DNA of 64,000 nt from the human T2T-CHM13v2.0 reference genome, Homo sapiens. The stretch lies in assembly GCF_009914755.1 (NCBI RefSeq), contig NC_060933.1. One strand, 5' to 3'. Position numbers and translations under genes: made by a program. The notes below the pieces were generated by a model that did no database searches, was not told where the DNA came from, and worked only from the letters and a program-made list of their open reading frames with translations. Numbering within the stretch: position 1 is the first letter of the stretch; each line of letters starts with the position of its first letter. This document shows positions 1 through 12,470 of this stretch, in pieces.

Positions 1-590
1 AGAATCCTCCTTTTTACTTTTAAAATCTTTATTAGACATTTAACTCTTTTCATTCTATTCTTTGTCTCTTAACCATTCTTTCAATCTTTTTATGTCTCTG
101 TATTGAATCATTAATTTTTTCCAGTGTTTCTTCTAGATCATCAATCCCCTCTGAATTGCTGTTCAGTGTATTGATTTAATTTCGGAAAATATTTTTTATA
201 TGTAGAATACTTATTCAGTTCTTTTTTCAAGTACACCTTCATTCACTGTACTTTATTTTTTGTGAAGTTTTAAATTTATTTCTTCTGTCTTTAGTGATAT
301 TTAAAATTTTTAATCAAGTTTATCAGAAAATTCTGTACGAAAATATGACAATTTTAATCTGCCATCTATATTGTCTGCTGACTATTATCTAAAGATAATT
401 GCTTTCTCTTTTTAAAACAATTTGAATTGAGATTCTATCTGATAATTAAGTGGTGCTTAATCTGTAAGACTCGTGTAGTCTGGCTTGATGAAATACCATT
501 CTAAGCCATGTTTTTTTTTTTTTTTTTTTTTTTTTCCAGATATCCTAGGGATATAACCAGCTTAAAATATCCTTTAAAATTTGCAGTATT
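1..590 (-). mobile_element. Highly diverged L1M fragment
   Basis: T-rich degenerate L1-like text (atttttttatatgtagaatacttattcagttcttttttc); includes a poly-T run at ~511-535. Confidence 0.4.
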
Positions 591-1830
591 ATTTATATGA
601 AGTGAAATGCGTAGATCTTATTGTGCAGTTCAATAAGTTTTGACAAATGTATACATTTATGAAACTCTTACCCTTGTCAAAATAAATATCTCGGCTGGGT
701 GCAGTGGCTCACACCTGTAATCCCAGCACTTTGGGAGGCTGAAGTGGGGCGGATCACGAGGTCAGGAGATCGAGACCATCCTGGCTAACATGGTGAAACC
801 CCGTCTCTACTAAAAATACAAAAAATTAGCCGGGCGTGGTGGCGGGCACCTGTGGTCCCTGAGGCAGGAGAGTGGCGTGAACCCAGGAAGGCGGAGCTTG
901 CAGTGAGCCGAGATCACGCCGTTGCACTCCAGCCTGGGCAACAGAGCAACACTCCGTCTCAAAAAAAAAAAATAAATAAATAAAATAAATAAATAAATAA
1001 ATAAATATCTCCATCATCCTAGAAAGTTTATTCATGCCCCTATGAAACAGGTCGTCTCATCACTGTTCAGCTTGCTATCTCACCTACGGTAGTTTTTCCT
1101 GTTCTAGAATTTCCTAAGTGGAATCGTATATTATGTACTATTTTATGTCTGGCTTATTTCACTCAGCATGTTTTTCAGATTTACCCATGTTGATAGATGT
1201 ATTGATGGTTAAGTTTTGTTTTTTATTGCTGAGGGTTCCACTGTATGGGTATGCCACAATTTGTCCTTTCACCTGTTCGTAGATGTTATGGTTATTATCA
1301 GTTTTTGGTTGTTATGATTAAACTGGTTATTATGAACATTGGTATACACATTTTTGGGTGGATATGTTGTATTTATTTTTGGGAAAATACCTAAAAGTGG
1401 AATTGTTGGGCCATTTGGTAAATGTATGTTTAACTCCTCAAAGTAAACTTTCAGTTTTCTACAGGACTGTACAATTTTAAATTCCCACCACCAAAGTATG
1501 AGTGTTTCAGTTATTCTGTATCCTTACTAACGCTTGATATTTTAAATTTTAGCCATCCTAATTATTATTTATTGTAGTTTTACATGTTTATATTTTTAAT
1601 GACTAATGATGTTGAGTATCTTTTTATGTGCTTACTAATAAGCATATTCATGTTGTTTGTCCATCAAAATTTTTTGGATTGTGTTTTCTCTTTATTCATA
1701 ATATTGGGAAATTATTTTTATATTCTAGATATATGTCCTTTCTCTCTCTCTCTCTCACTGTCCCTTCCCTCTCTCTGTATATATACATGTATATACTGTC
1801 TATGTTCCCTCTCTTCCAATCTGTGGCTTT
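585..1830 (-). mobile_element. Old L1MB/L1MC-type 3' region, host of later insertions (continues at 3790-3980 and 5096-5300)
   Basis: Typical antisense L1M 3' motifs: gtctggcttatttcactcagcatg, aaaatacctaaaagtggaattgttggg, aatgactaatgatgttgag. Confidence 0.75.
693..1005 (+). mobile_element. AluY/AluSc-like with small internal deletion and (TAAA)n tail
   Basis: ggctgggtgcagtggctcac start; gagatcgagaccatcctggctaac; TSD core ataaatatctc at 682-692 and 1001-1011. Confidence 0.95.
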
Positions 1831-1875
1831 TGAATCAATTTTTTAGCTACAATATTCACTTTATGTATTCATGTA

Positions 1876-3777
<1,902 letters not shown>

Positions 3778-3946
3778 AATCAATTTTTAAGTGTTTTGAA
3801 AAATATAAATGTTAATTTTGATGAAGTCCAGTATATTATTTCTTTTCCTTTAGAGTTTTATTTTTGTGTTCTAAGAAATCTTTCCTTACCTTTAGATCAT
3901 GAAGACATTCTCCTTTATTTCTTCTAAAATGTTGCTCCTTTTTCTA

Positions 3947-5085
<1,139 letters not shown>

Positions 5086-5339
5086 TTATTTTCATGTATA
5101 CTGGAAGGTGTAAAGGCTAAAGATTATTATTATTTTTTAAAACTATGGATAGATGTTCCAGCATCTTTATTGAAACGATGTATTCTTTGTCATAAAATTG
5201 TTTCGGTAGTTTGTCAAAAATCAATTGATCATATAAGTGTAGGTCTGTTTTTGGATTTCTCTATACTATTCCGTTGAGCAATACAACTATTATATAGTAG
5301 TAGTTATTTCTTGCTAGTTTTTATGCAGTCGGATAATTT

Positions 5340-6790
5340 TTTGCCTTGAATTTGTCATGTGTGTTCTATGTTTTCAATGTAATTGTTAATATGATCATGT
5401 TTAAATCTTACTATTTTTCTCTCATCTGCTTTTGTATTTCCTTTCACGTTATCTTTTTGAGTAAATTAAATATTATTTAGTATTCCATTTTATCTCTATT
5501 TTCTTTTAAGATTTATTTAAAATATGTGCTGATGTAGGCTTCAGAGTTTACAATATACGGTGTTAACCTATTACAGTCTCCCATGAATTAATAAAATACT
5601 ACTTCATGTATACTATAAAAACTGTATAACAATGTCTTTCCTATTACCTTCTCTATTCTTTGTGCTCTTATTGATATCTATTTTTCTACACTTTTATAAG
5701 CCTTACAGTAGAATGTTTTTGCTTTCACTTTAAAGATCATTGTTTAAAATTAAGAGAGCAAATTTTCTTTTACTCCATATGTTTTTACTATTTACAGCAT
5801 TCATTCTTTGCAGATCCGCATTTTCATCTGGTATGGTTTCTCATCAAACTGAAGAATTTTATTTTAGCATTTCTTATAGTATAGGCCTGCTGGTAACAAA
5901 TGCTCTCACCCTTTGCTTAACCAAAATTATCTTTAATTCACCTTCCGTTTTCAAGGGATATTTTTCCTGGAGATAACTTTTTTTTTTTTTAGATTTTAAA
6001 ATAGGTTATTCCATTTGTTTTCTGAATACATTTCTTCTGATGTGGAGTCTGCTTTCCTTTTTGTGATTGTTCCTTTGAATGTAAGGTGTCTTTTTATTTC
6101 TGAATGCTTTTAACGTTTTCCTTTATGATTGGTTCCCTTTAATTTGACTTTGAACCTAAGTGGTTTGGTTTTGTTTTTCATATATTTACTCTGCTTAGGA
6201 TTCATTTAGATTCTTGGATCTGGGGGTTAGTGTTTTTCATCAACTTTTACAAAATTTACACTACTATTTCTTTAAAAACTTTTCTCTTCTCTTTGGAACT
6301 TCAATTAAATGCATTGTAGACACATTGGGTTCACTGATGCTCTGTTCATTTAGTAAATTTTTTCTTTCCATGATTCATTATGAATAATTTGTAATAACCT
6401 CTCTTCAAGTTCACTAATTCTTTTTCCTGCAGTGTCTAATATTGTTATGCCCATCAAATAAATAATATACTGTAAAATTTTATTTTGTTTTATTCAGATA
6501 TTATGTTCTCTAGTTCTGGAGTTCCATTTGGTTCCCAATGAGAGTTTTGACTTTTCTTCAAAAAACATATTTACCCATAATATCTTTTTTACTGTAATTT
6601 TTAAAACACATTATAATAGTTGTTTTAAATCTGTTGACTTCTAATTTCAATAATGAGGTCTTCCATGGATTTACTCCTGTTGACTGTATGTATTTAAAAT
6701 TTTAGAAAATTTCAGATCATATTGATTATTTTTAAATTTAATAATTTTGTATTGTATTCTATACTTTGTATGTAAAATAACAATGGAGGA
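5340..6790 (-). mobile_element. Old L1M internal fragment
   Basis: Antisense L1M motifs (tagtataggcctgctggtaacaaatgctctca, ctcttcaagttcactaattc). Confidence 0.65.
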
Positions 6791-7550
6791 AGATGTATGA
6801 TTTGGGGTGTTTTTTATTTTCCAGATAATGAGAGTTTGTTATTCTAAATTGAAGGTAGAATGAGGACTGATGTTACAGAGTCCTCCTAGATTTGAGTTTT
6901 ACTATGGCTGGTCTGTTGTTTTGACTATATTGAGTTTGCCAATGATTAACCCAGTTGTCATTCTTGACCCATTTTTGATCTTGTAAATATGTGCGTTAAA
7001 AGAGTTGAGCTGAAGTCTCAGATATTTTTATTTTAACCTTAGATTAAACTCTAACTGGGCTTTGGAATGCCAGCCCTGTGGAATGAGTGGGTCTCTAAAA
7101 TACCTTAGATTTTGAGCCCTTCTTTCATTGCTTACTTTCTCGCAAAATGCAAAGTGGAACATGAGTAATGCGTATGGATAAATTGTCAGGTGTTGTGATT
7201 TGCACTCAGCTTCTAGACTCAAATCCATCTTGCCAGCTCACGCTGTCATCTAAGGCTCTGCTTGTTTCTTACTGCTGCAAAGTCTTCCATTCTTTGTGAG
7301 GTATGTTCCTCCATCTAATGATATCTACATACTTTTCCTCCCCACCCCCAAGGTATAGGAGTTGCCACAGCTGTCCCTAAACCTATGAAGAGCTCATTTC
7401 TCTCTTGAATTTAGTTTAGGAAGGCTTCTTGGTATTCACTTTTCTTTATCATTCCTATAGAGAAATGGTCTTTCATTTTCTGGGCTTTCTTTGGTGTCCT
7501 AAATCTTAACTGGACTTAGAACAAGTTTGAATAAGATATATACTTCAGAA

Positions 7551-7865
7551 GAGAAGTCAGAAGCTCATAGTGTTTATCCGGGGGAATGCCATATCAGGTG
7601 TACCAATTATTAGGGGGACTAGCCAGTTGCTGAAACCCCCAATCATGATTGGTATTACCATAAAGACGATTATAACGAATGCATGGGAGGTAACAATAAC
7701 ATTGTAGATCTGGTCATCTCCTAGCAGAGTTCCTGGTTGGCCTAATTCTGCTCGAATTAGAAGGCTTAAGGCCGTGCCTACTATCCCCGTTCATGTGGCA
7801 AATAGCAGGTGTAGTGTTCCAGTATCTTTGTGGTTAGTTGAAAACAATCAACGATTGATGAACAT
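7551..7865 (-). pseudogene. MT-CO1: COX1 N-terminal 105 codons (NUMT)
   Basis: Mitochondrial-code translation [105 protein letters not shown]; TGA=Trp codons; truncated. Confidence 0.97.
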
Positions 7866-7879
7866 AAGTGGGAAAAAAA

Positions 7880-7943
7880 TGTAAAATGGCTGAGTAAACA
7901 TTAGACTGTAAATTTAAAGACAGAGGTCAAGGCCTTTTTATCA
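7880..7943 (+). pseudogene. MT-TY: mt tRNA-Tyr copy
   Basis: gtaaaatggctgagtaaacattagactGTAaatttaaagacagagg. Confidence 0.92.
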
Positions 7944-8009
7944 GCCCTGAGGTGATTTCTCATGTTGAGTTATAAATTCAAAGGAGCAGCTTCAGTCCTG
8001 CCGGAGCTT
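7943..8009 (+). pseudogene. MT-TC: mt tRNA-Cys copy (anticodon mutated GCA->ATA)
   Basis: agccctgaggtgatttctcatgttgagttATAaattcaaaggagcagcttcagtcctgccggagctt. Confidence 0.9.
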
Positions 8010-8041
8010 CTCTGGCCTTTCTCCCCCAGTGGCGGGAGAAG
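8007..8041. other. Degenerate mitochondrial light-strand origin (OL) stem-loop
   Basis: cttctctggcc / ggcgggagaag stem with 2 mismatches, between Cys and Asn. Confidence 0.88.
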
Positions 8042-8114
8042 GAGATTGAGACCAGTTGATTAAGGTGTTTAGCTGTTAACTAAATTTTTGTGGGTTTGAA
8101 TTCCATCAATCTAG
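8042..8114 (+). pseudogene. MT-TN: mt tRNA-Asn copy
   Basis: agattgagaccagttgattaaggtgtttagctGTTaactaaatttttgtgggtttgaattccatcaatctag. Confidence 0.92.
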
Positions 8115-8115
8115 C

Positions 8116-8184
8116 AAGAGCTTAGCTTAATTAAAGTGGTTGATTTGTGTTCAATTGATGCAGAATAGAGTCTTGCAGTCCTTA
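8116..8184 (+). pseudogene. MT-TA: mt tRNA-Ala copy (anticodon TGC->TGT)
   Basis: aagagcttagcttaattaaagtggttgattTGTgttcaattgatgcaga...ttgcagtcctta. Confidence 0.92.
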
Positions 8185-8193
8185 GATCTGTTA

Positions 8194-8261
8194 TAGAAAT
8201 TAAGTGTAACCTACTTACTAAGGGCTTTGAAGGCCCTTTGTCTTATTTAACCTAAATTTCT
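8194..8261 (-). pseudogene. MT-TW: mt tRNA-Trp copy
   Basis: Reverse complement agaaatttaggttaaataagacaaagggcctTCAaagcccttagtaagt. Confidence 0.92.
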
Positions 8262-9288
8262 AAGTTATAATTAGTATTAATGGAGAGATGGGTAAGAGGA
8301 GGTTAGAAGAGATGACAAGTGGGGGGAAGACAGTATGGGTTTTGTGTTTTCAAATTGTCATTTTATTTTCATATTGTTAGATGTGGAGAATAGTGTCACT
8401 GAGATGGAATAAATTAGATTTATGTAAAAGCACAGGTTGAGTAGGGTTATGGTAGCTATAAGGGTCAGATTAATAAGGCTTTTTGTAATTCTTGGATGAT
8501 GATTCATTTAGGCAGGAACCCTGTTAATAGGGATAAACCTAGAGAGAGTAGAATTAGTGGAATTATAGGTGTGAAGCGTGTTAATGTGTTTCAGGCATGA
8601 GATAGTGACAGGGTTGTGGTACTTATACTCAGGTTGAATGCTAGAAATGTGATTGTTGTTAAGATGAGGTAAGTAATCAGGTTTAGAATGGTAATGTTTG
8701 GGTGACAGATTAGTACTGCTATTATTCAACCTATGTGAGTGATTGAGGAGTAGGCTGGGATTTTATGCAGTTGTGTTTCCTTATGTCCTCCTCAACTACC
8801 CACTATAATGGATAGGATTGTGATAGATAGGAGGATGTTCGTGTTTGATGATGGGAAAATTTGAAACGTAATCGAGATAGGGGCTAGTTTTTGTCATGTG
8901 AAGAGAAGTATACCAGACGTTAGAGAGATTACTTGGGTTACCTCTGGGACTCAGAAGTGAAAGGGAGCTATTCATTTATTACTAGGGTCACTATTATTAT
9001 TATGGATGAAAATTGATTAATAGTGTTTATTATTGTTCATTGTCTGGAGGACAGGTTATTGGAAAGGATACCTATCATGAGAATTATAGATGCCGTTGCT
9101 TGTGTAAGGAAATACTTGGTGGCTGCTTCTGTAGAGCCGGGATTTTTTTTTTTAATTAAGATTGGGATAAAGGCTGTTATGTTTATTTCTAGGCCTGCTC
9201 AGATGAGAAATCACTGTGAGCCTAGCATTGTGATAAGAATTCCTGTGAAAATAGTAAGGGAAATAATAAGTTGGGCTAAGGAATTAAT
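8262..9288 (-). pseudogene. MT-ND2: ND2 pseudogene (near full length, disrupted)
   Basis: Starts ATT AAT TCC TTA GCC CAA; ...[18 protein letters not shown]...; in-frame AGA (mitochondrial stop) near 9045 and frameshift near 8975. Confidence 0.96.
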
Positions 9289-9356
9289 TAGTACAGGAAG
9301 GGTGTAACTAACATTTTCGGGGTATGGGCCCGTTAGCTTATTTAACTGACCTTACT
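9289..9356 (-). pseudogene. MT-TM: mt tRNA-Met copy
   Basis: Reverse complement agtaaggtcagttaaataagctaacgggccCATaccccgaaaatgttagttacacccttcctgtacta. Confidence 0.95.
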
Positions 9357-9363
9357 CTAGGAC

Positions 9364-9631
9364 GTCTGGCTCTATCATCCAGGCTGGAGCACAGTGGCGA
9401 TCTAGGGTCACTGCAACCTCCAACTCCCTGGTTCAAGCAATTCTCCTGCCTCAGCCTCCCAAGTAGCTGAGATTATAGGCGTGCGACACCACGCCCAGCT
9501 AACTTTTGTATTTAGTAGAGACAGGGTTTCACCATATTGGCCGGGATGGTCTCAATCTCCTGACCTTGTGATCCACCTGCTATGGCCTCCCAAAGTGCTG
9601 GGATTACAGGCGTGAGGCACGGTGCCCGGCT
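9364..9631 (-). mobile_element. AluS (AluSc-like) lacking its poly(A) tail, inside the NUMT
   Basis: Antisense Alu body from gtctggctctatcatccaggctggag to cacggtgcccggct; no poly-T. Confidence 0.93.
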
Positions 9632-9985
9632 CAGCTGGAGTTTTTCACAACTTAGAGAGTTTAGCTTCACTGAGGGTAGATCTTAAACTCTCTTTATGCC
9701 GAGTTCTATTAGCTCAGGTTCATTGTATGGCTGCTGTGGCTGGCACAAAATTAACCAACCCTACATATTAGTATAGCTTAGTCAAACTTTCATTTATTAC
9801 TAAAAATTTATTACTGCGTTTCCCATGGAGGTGTGGTTAAGCAAAGTGTTTTGAGCTGCATTCATGCGTGCTTGATACCTTCTCCTTTTGATCCAGGTGA
9901 TCTAGAGGGCATTTTCACTGGGGCGGGGATGCTTGCATGTGTAATGTTACTAAGAGCTAATAAAAAGGCCAGGACCAAACCTATT
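9632..9985 (-). pseudogene. MT-RNR1: 5' ~350 nt of mt 12S rRNA
   Basis: Reverse complement starts aataggtttggtcctggcctttttattagctcttagtaacattacacatgcaagcatccccg; includes gtgccagccac. Confidence 0.96.
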
Positions 9986-10056
9986 TGTTTATGGTGTTGT
10001 GTGGGCCCATCTAGACATTTTCAGTGTCTTACTTTGAATAATAAAGCTACATTGAC
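9986..10056 (-). pseudogene. MT-TF: mt tRNA-Phe copy
   Basis: Reverse complement gtcaatgtagctttattattcaaagtaagacactGAAaatgtctagatgggcccacacaacaccataaaca. Confidence 0.94.
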
Positions 10057-11351
10057 TACATAAATACTTAGTGGAAAATTAAAATATGAGAAAGAAAGAA
10101 GTTTAAATAGTCATTTACAGTTCTGGAAATTCAGGGTCTTTAAAGTTGAATTTGCAGAGGTTTGGCTGAGAGGATTACTCATAGAGTACGGTTGATTTAG
10201 GGTATGATATAATGGGGCAGCACTTTCAGAGGGATATGCTTAAGGTATTAGTATTAGGGCGGAAACTTAGTTACATTTATTATACAAAACGAGGAATAAT
10301 TTGGTAGGAGGAATAAAAGGAGGAATAATTTGGTAGGAGGGTCTTAAGATTTTTTAGAAAAATTACATCAATCGAGGGGTAGCTGTTGGGGGGTTCGTGG
10401 TTAAAATATGATTTCTGGGCTCTGACTGGGTTGCATTTTAGTCTCTCGTTTTTGAGGTTTGGCAAGGGTACGTCTACCTAGGTCGATGGTAAAGTCAGAG
10501 ATGGGAAGGATTGCAGATTTAATCAGAAATCGTTCTTGAAATTGGGTGAGCGTGTGTACGTCAGCGTACGTGCGGGAGCGTCTGTTGATTGTTACGTCTT
10601 TCAAGCATGAATTAATGAACAGTTTATGGTTATTATACCAGCCCGAAATATTCAATATAAGCTCAGGTTCTACAATTGATTTGGCAAGAATCAATTCTGA
10701 GTTTGTCTACAGTGGATTCGGCAGGGACTTGGCCTGCCGCGATGGTGAGGGATAGCATCCCCTAAAGTTAAAAATACCAAATGCATGACAGTGCTCCCGT
10801 GACTGGTTAATAGGGTGGTAGTCACCAGTCCATCGAGATGTCTTATTTAAGGGGAATGTGTGGGCGATCTTAGTGTTATGGCCCTGAAGTAACAACCAGA
10901 TGCCAGGTATAGTTTCAGTATAGTCACCCCCAAGTGTCATGGGCCTGAGCAAGGAGCGTAGCACCCCTGAGCGGGATGATGATTTCTTGAGCAGGATGAT
11001 GATTTCTCAGAGGTTGGTAGATTAAGTAGACCAAAAATTGGCAGGGGATATCCATGTTGATGAGGGATGTCTTGACTAAAATGTGCTATGTCCGATGAAC
11101 GAATGTATGTACTATGTAACATCAATTTACATTGTACGGGTTTTTATAGTACAGGTCAATATCCATGTGGATTAAGTTTGTACAGTCAATAGTAGATGTG
11201 TGATACTTGATTAAAGAATTATTAATACGTGCTTATATGCATGTGGACTGGATTTGTAATGTATTGTTATATGTGAATGTACTGTGTATGAATAAGCAAT
11301 AATAGTAATATATATTATTCATGGGGACTAGCAGTAATGCACGAAGTATAT
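10057..11351 (-). other. Mitochondrial control region (D-loop) copy with CSB3, CSB1, central conserved domain and ETAS
   Basis: CSB3 tgccaaacctcaaaaac (~10448-10464); CSB1 ttaattcatgcttgaaagacgtaa (~10592-10615); central domain ttccccttaaataagacatctcgatgg (~10830-10856); ETAS cgtgcattactgctagtccccatgaata (~11316-11343). Confidence 0.93.
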
Positions 11352-12234
11352 TCACAAAGAGTATAAATTCACACCTGAGACTCACATATACGATTATGAG
11401 TTCTCAGGGAAGACTAATTTTTCCACTTGAGTTTAGTCGAAGACAGATAAATTGTATTGTCATCTCTTCGGGTTTGTTGGTTGATCTTTCCTGTGAGTCC
11501 TGAGCTTCTGGCTTTACGCAGAATTTGTAACCACAACAACCTAATGATGGTGATCTGAGACCTTAGATACTATTTTTAGGTGTTTTCTAAAATCCAAATG
11601 ATCGGGTTATGACTGATAGCTGGTATGTAATCTCATCTCTCATCCTGAAACAGCCATAGATTTAGGTTCTGGTGATCTGTGCTTTCTCTGTGTTTCTTCT
11701 GGACATTTTCCTTTTCTGTTGAACTTAGGAGTGTATTTAAGAAGATACGTGTTACATTTATGTATAATTTTTTACAGATATATAATAACTGTAAAGTTTT
11801 TGGTTATTTCGGTTATTCTATTATTGGAAACACAAGTTACCTTTTTCCTTTGTTGCCCCAACCTTCCCTTCCTCCTCTGTGGTGCTGAAATTTAGGTGTT
11901 AAATTTGAATGCTGTTAGAGGACAGGGGAGAATGAACTTTCCCTGGTGAGTAAGCATCCATGCTGATTCTATCAAAAGGATGTGCTCACTTTGGGATATC
12001 GTAGTTTGGAAACTGATGGGAAATATCCTATTACTCAGTAATAACCTTAGTAGTGCGCACTTCACCTATCTTTAGTCTCTAGCTGTGGGGCTCATGACTC
12101 AGTGATGACAAGGCCAAATAAGTAAATTTTGGAAGAAGTTAGAATGGCTAATTTTCTGTTTGGTCTCAGGAGGATCCGTAACTGACACCTTCTTGGACCC
12201 AAAGCAATGGTCATAATATCGTCTCTCCCCCACG

Positions 12235-12470
12235 ATACCACTTTATGAGCACAGTCTTTGGAGTCATACAGCTTGCGTATTTATTAAAACTCTCAAAGTT
12301 CTAGTTTCTTTATCAGCAGAAAGAGCATAATGATAATATTTATAGCATAGTTTGTATTTTTATTTTTTGAGGATTAAATGAAGTATGAGGTAATGCTTGC
12401 AAAGTACTACGTATATAGCCCAGCATGTTGTAACCTCTAAATTGATATTAGCTATTATAATTGGTTAGTA
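12235..12470 (+). mobile_element. MIR fragment
   Basis: ctttggagtcatacag...gaggattaaatga...gcccagcatgttgtaa...attagctatta. Confidence 0.65.

Larger units (their letters stand above)
7551..11351 (-). other. NUMT (nuclear mitochondrial DNA segment): D-loop, 5' 12S, tRNA-Met to 5' COX1
   Basis: Colinear vertebrate mtDNA gene order across the control region; individual parts listed separately. Confidence 0.98.

Noticed and set aside
7880-10056. Functional tRNA/rRNA genes
   Set aside because: Mitochondrial-type copies in nuclear DNA with mutated anticodons (Cys, Ala), stem mismatches and a truncated 12S.
8508-11125. ORFs within the NUMT (8508-8729, 9023-9307, 10401-10694, 10707-10964 etc.) as mitochondrial-derived peptides
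   Set aside because: These are frameshifted ND2 pieces or chance D-loop frames. The MOTS-c (3' 12S) and humanin (16S) regions fall in the deleted interval.
7551-11351. Contamination or misassembly with real mtDNA
   Set aside because: It contains an Alu, frameshifts, stops and CpG decay, and is far diverged from human mtDNA.
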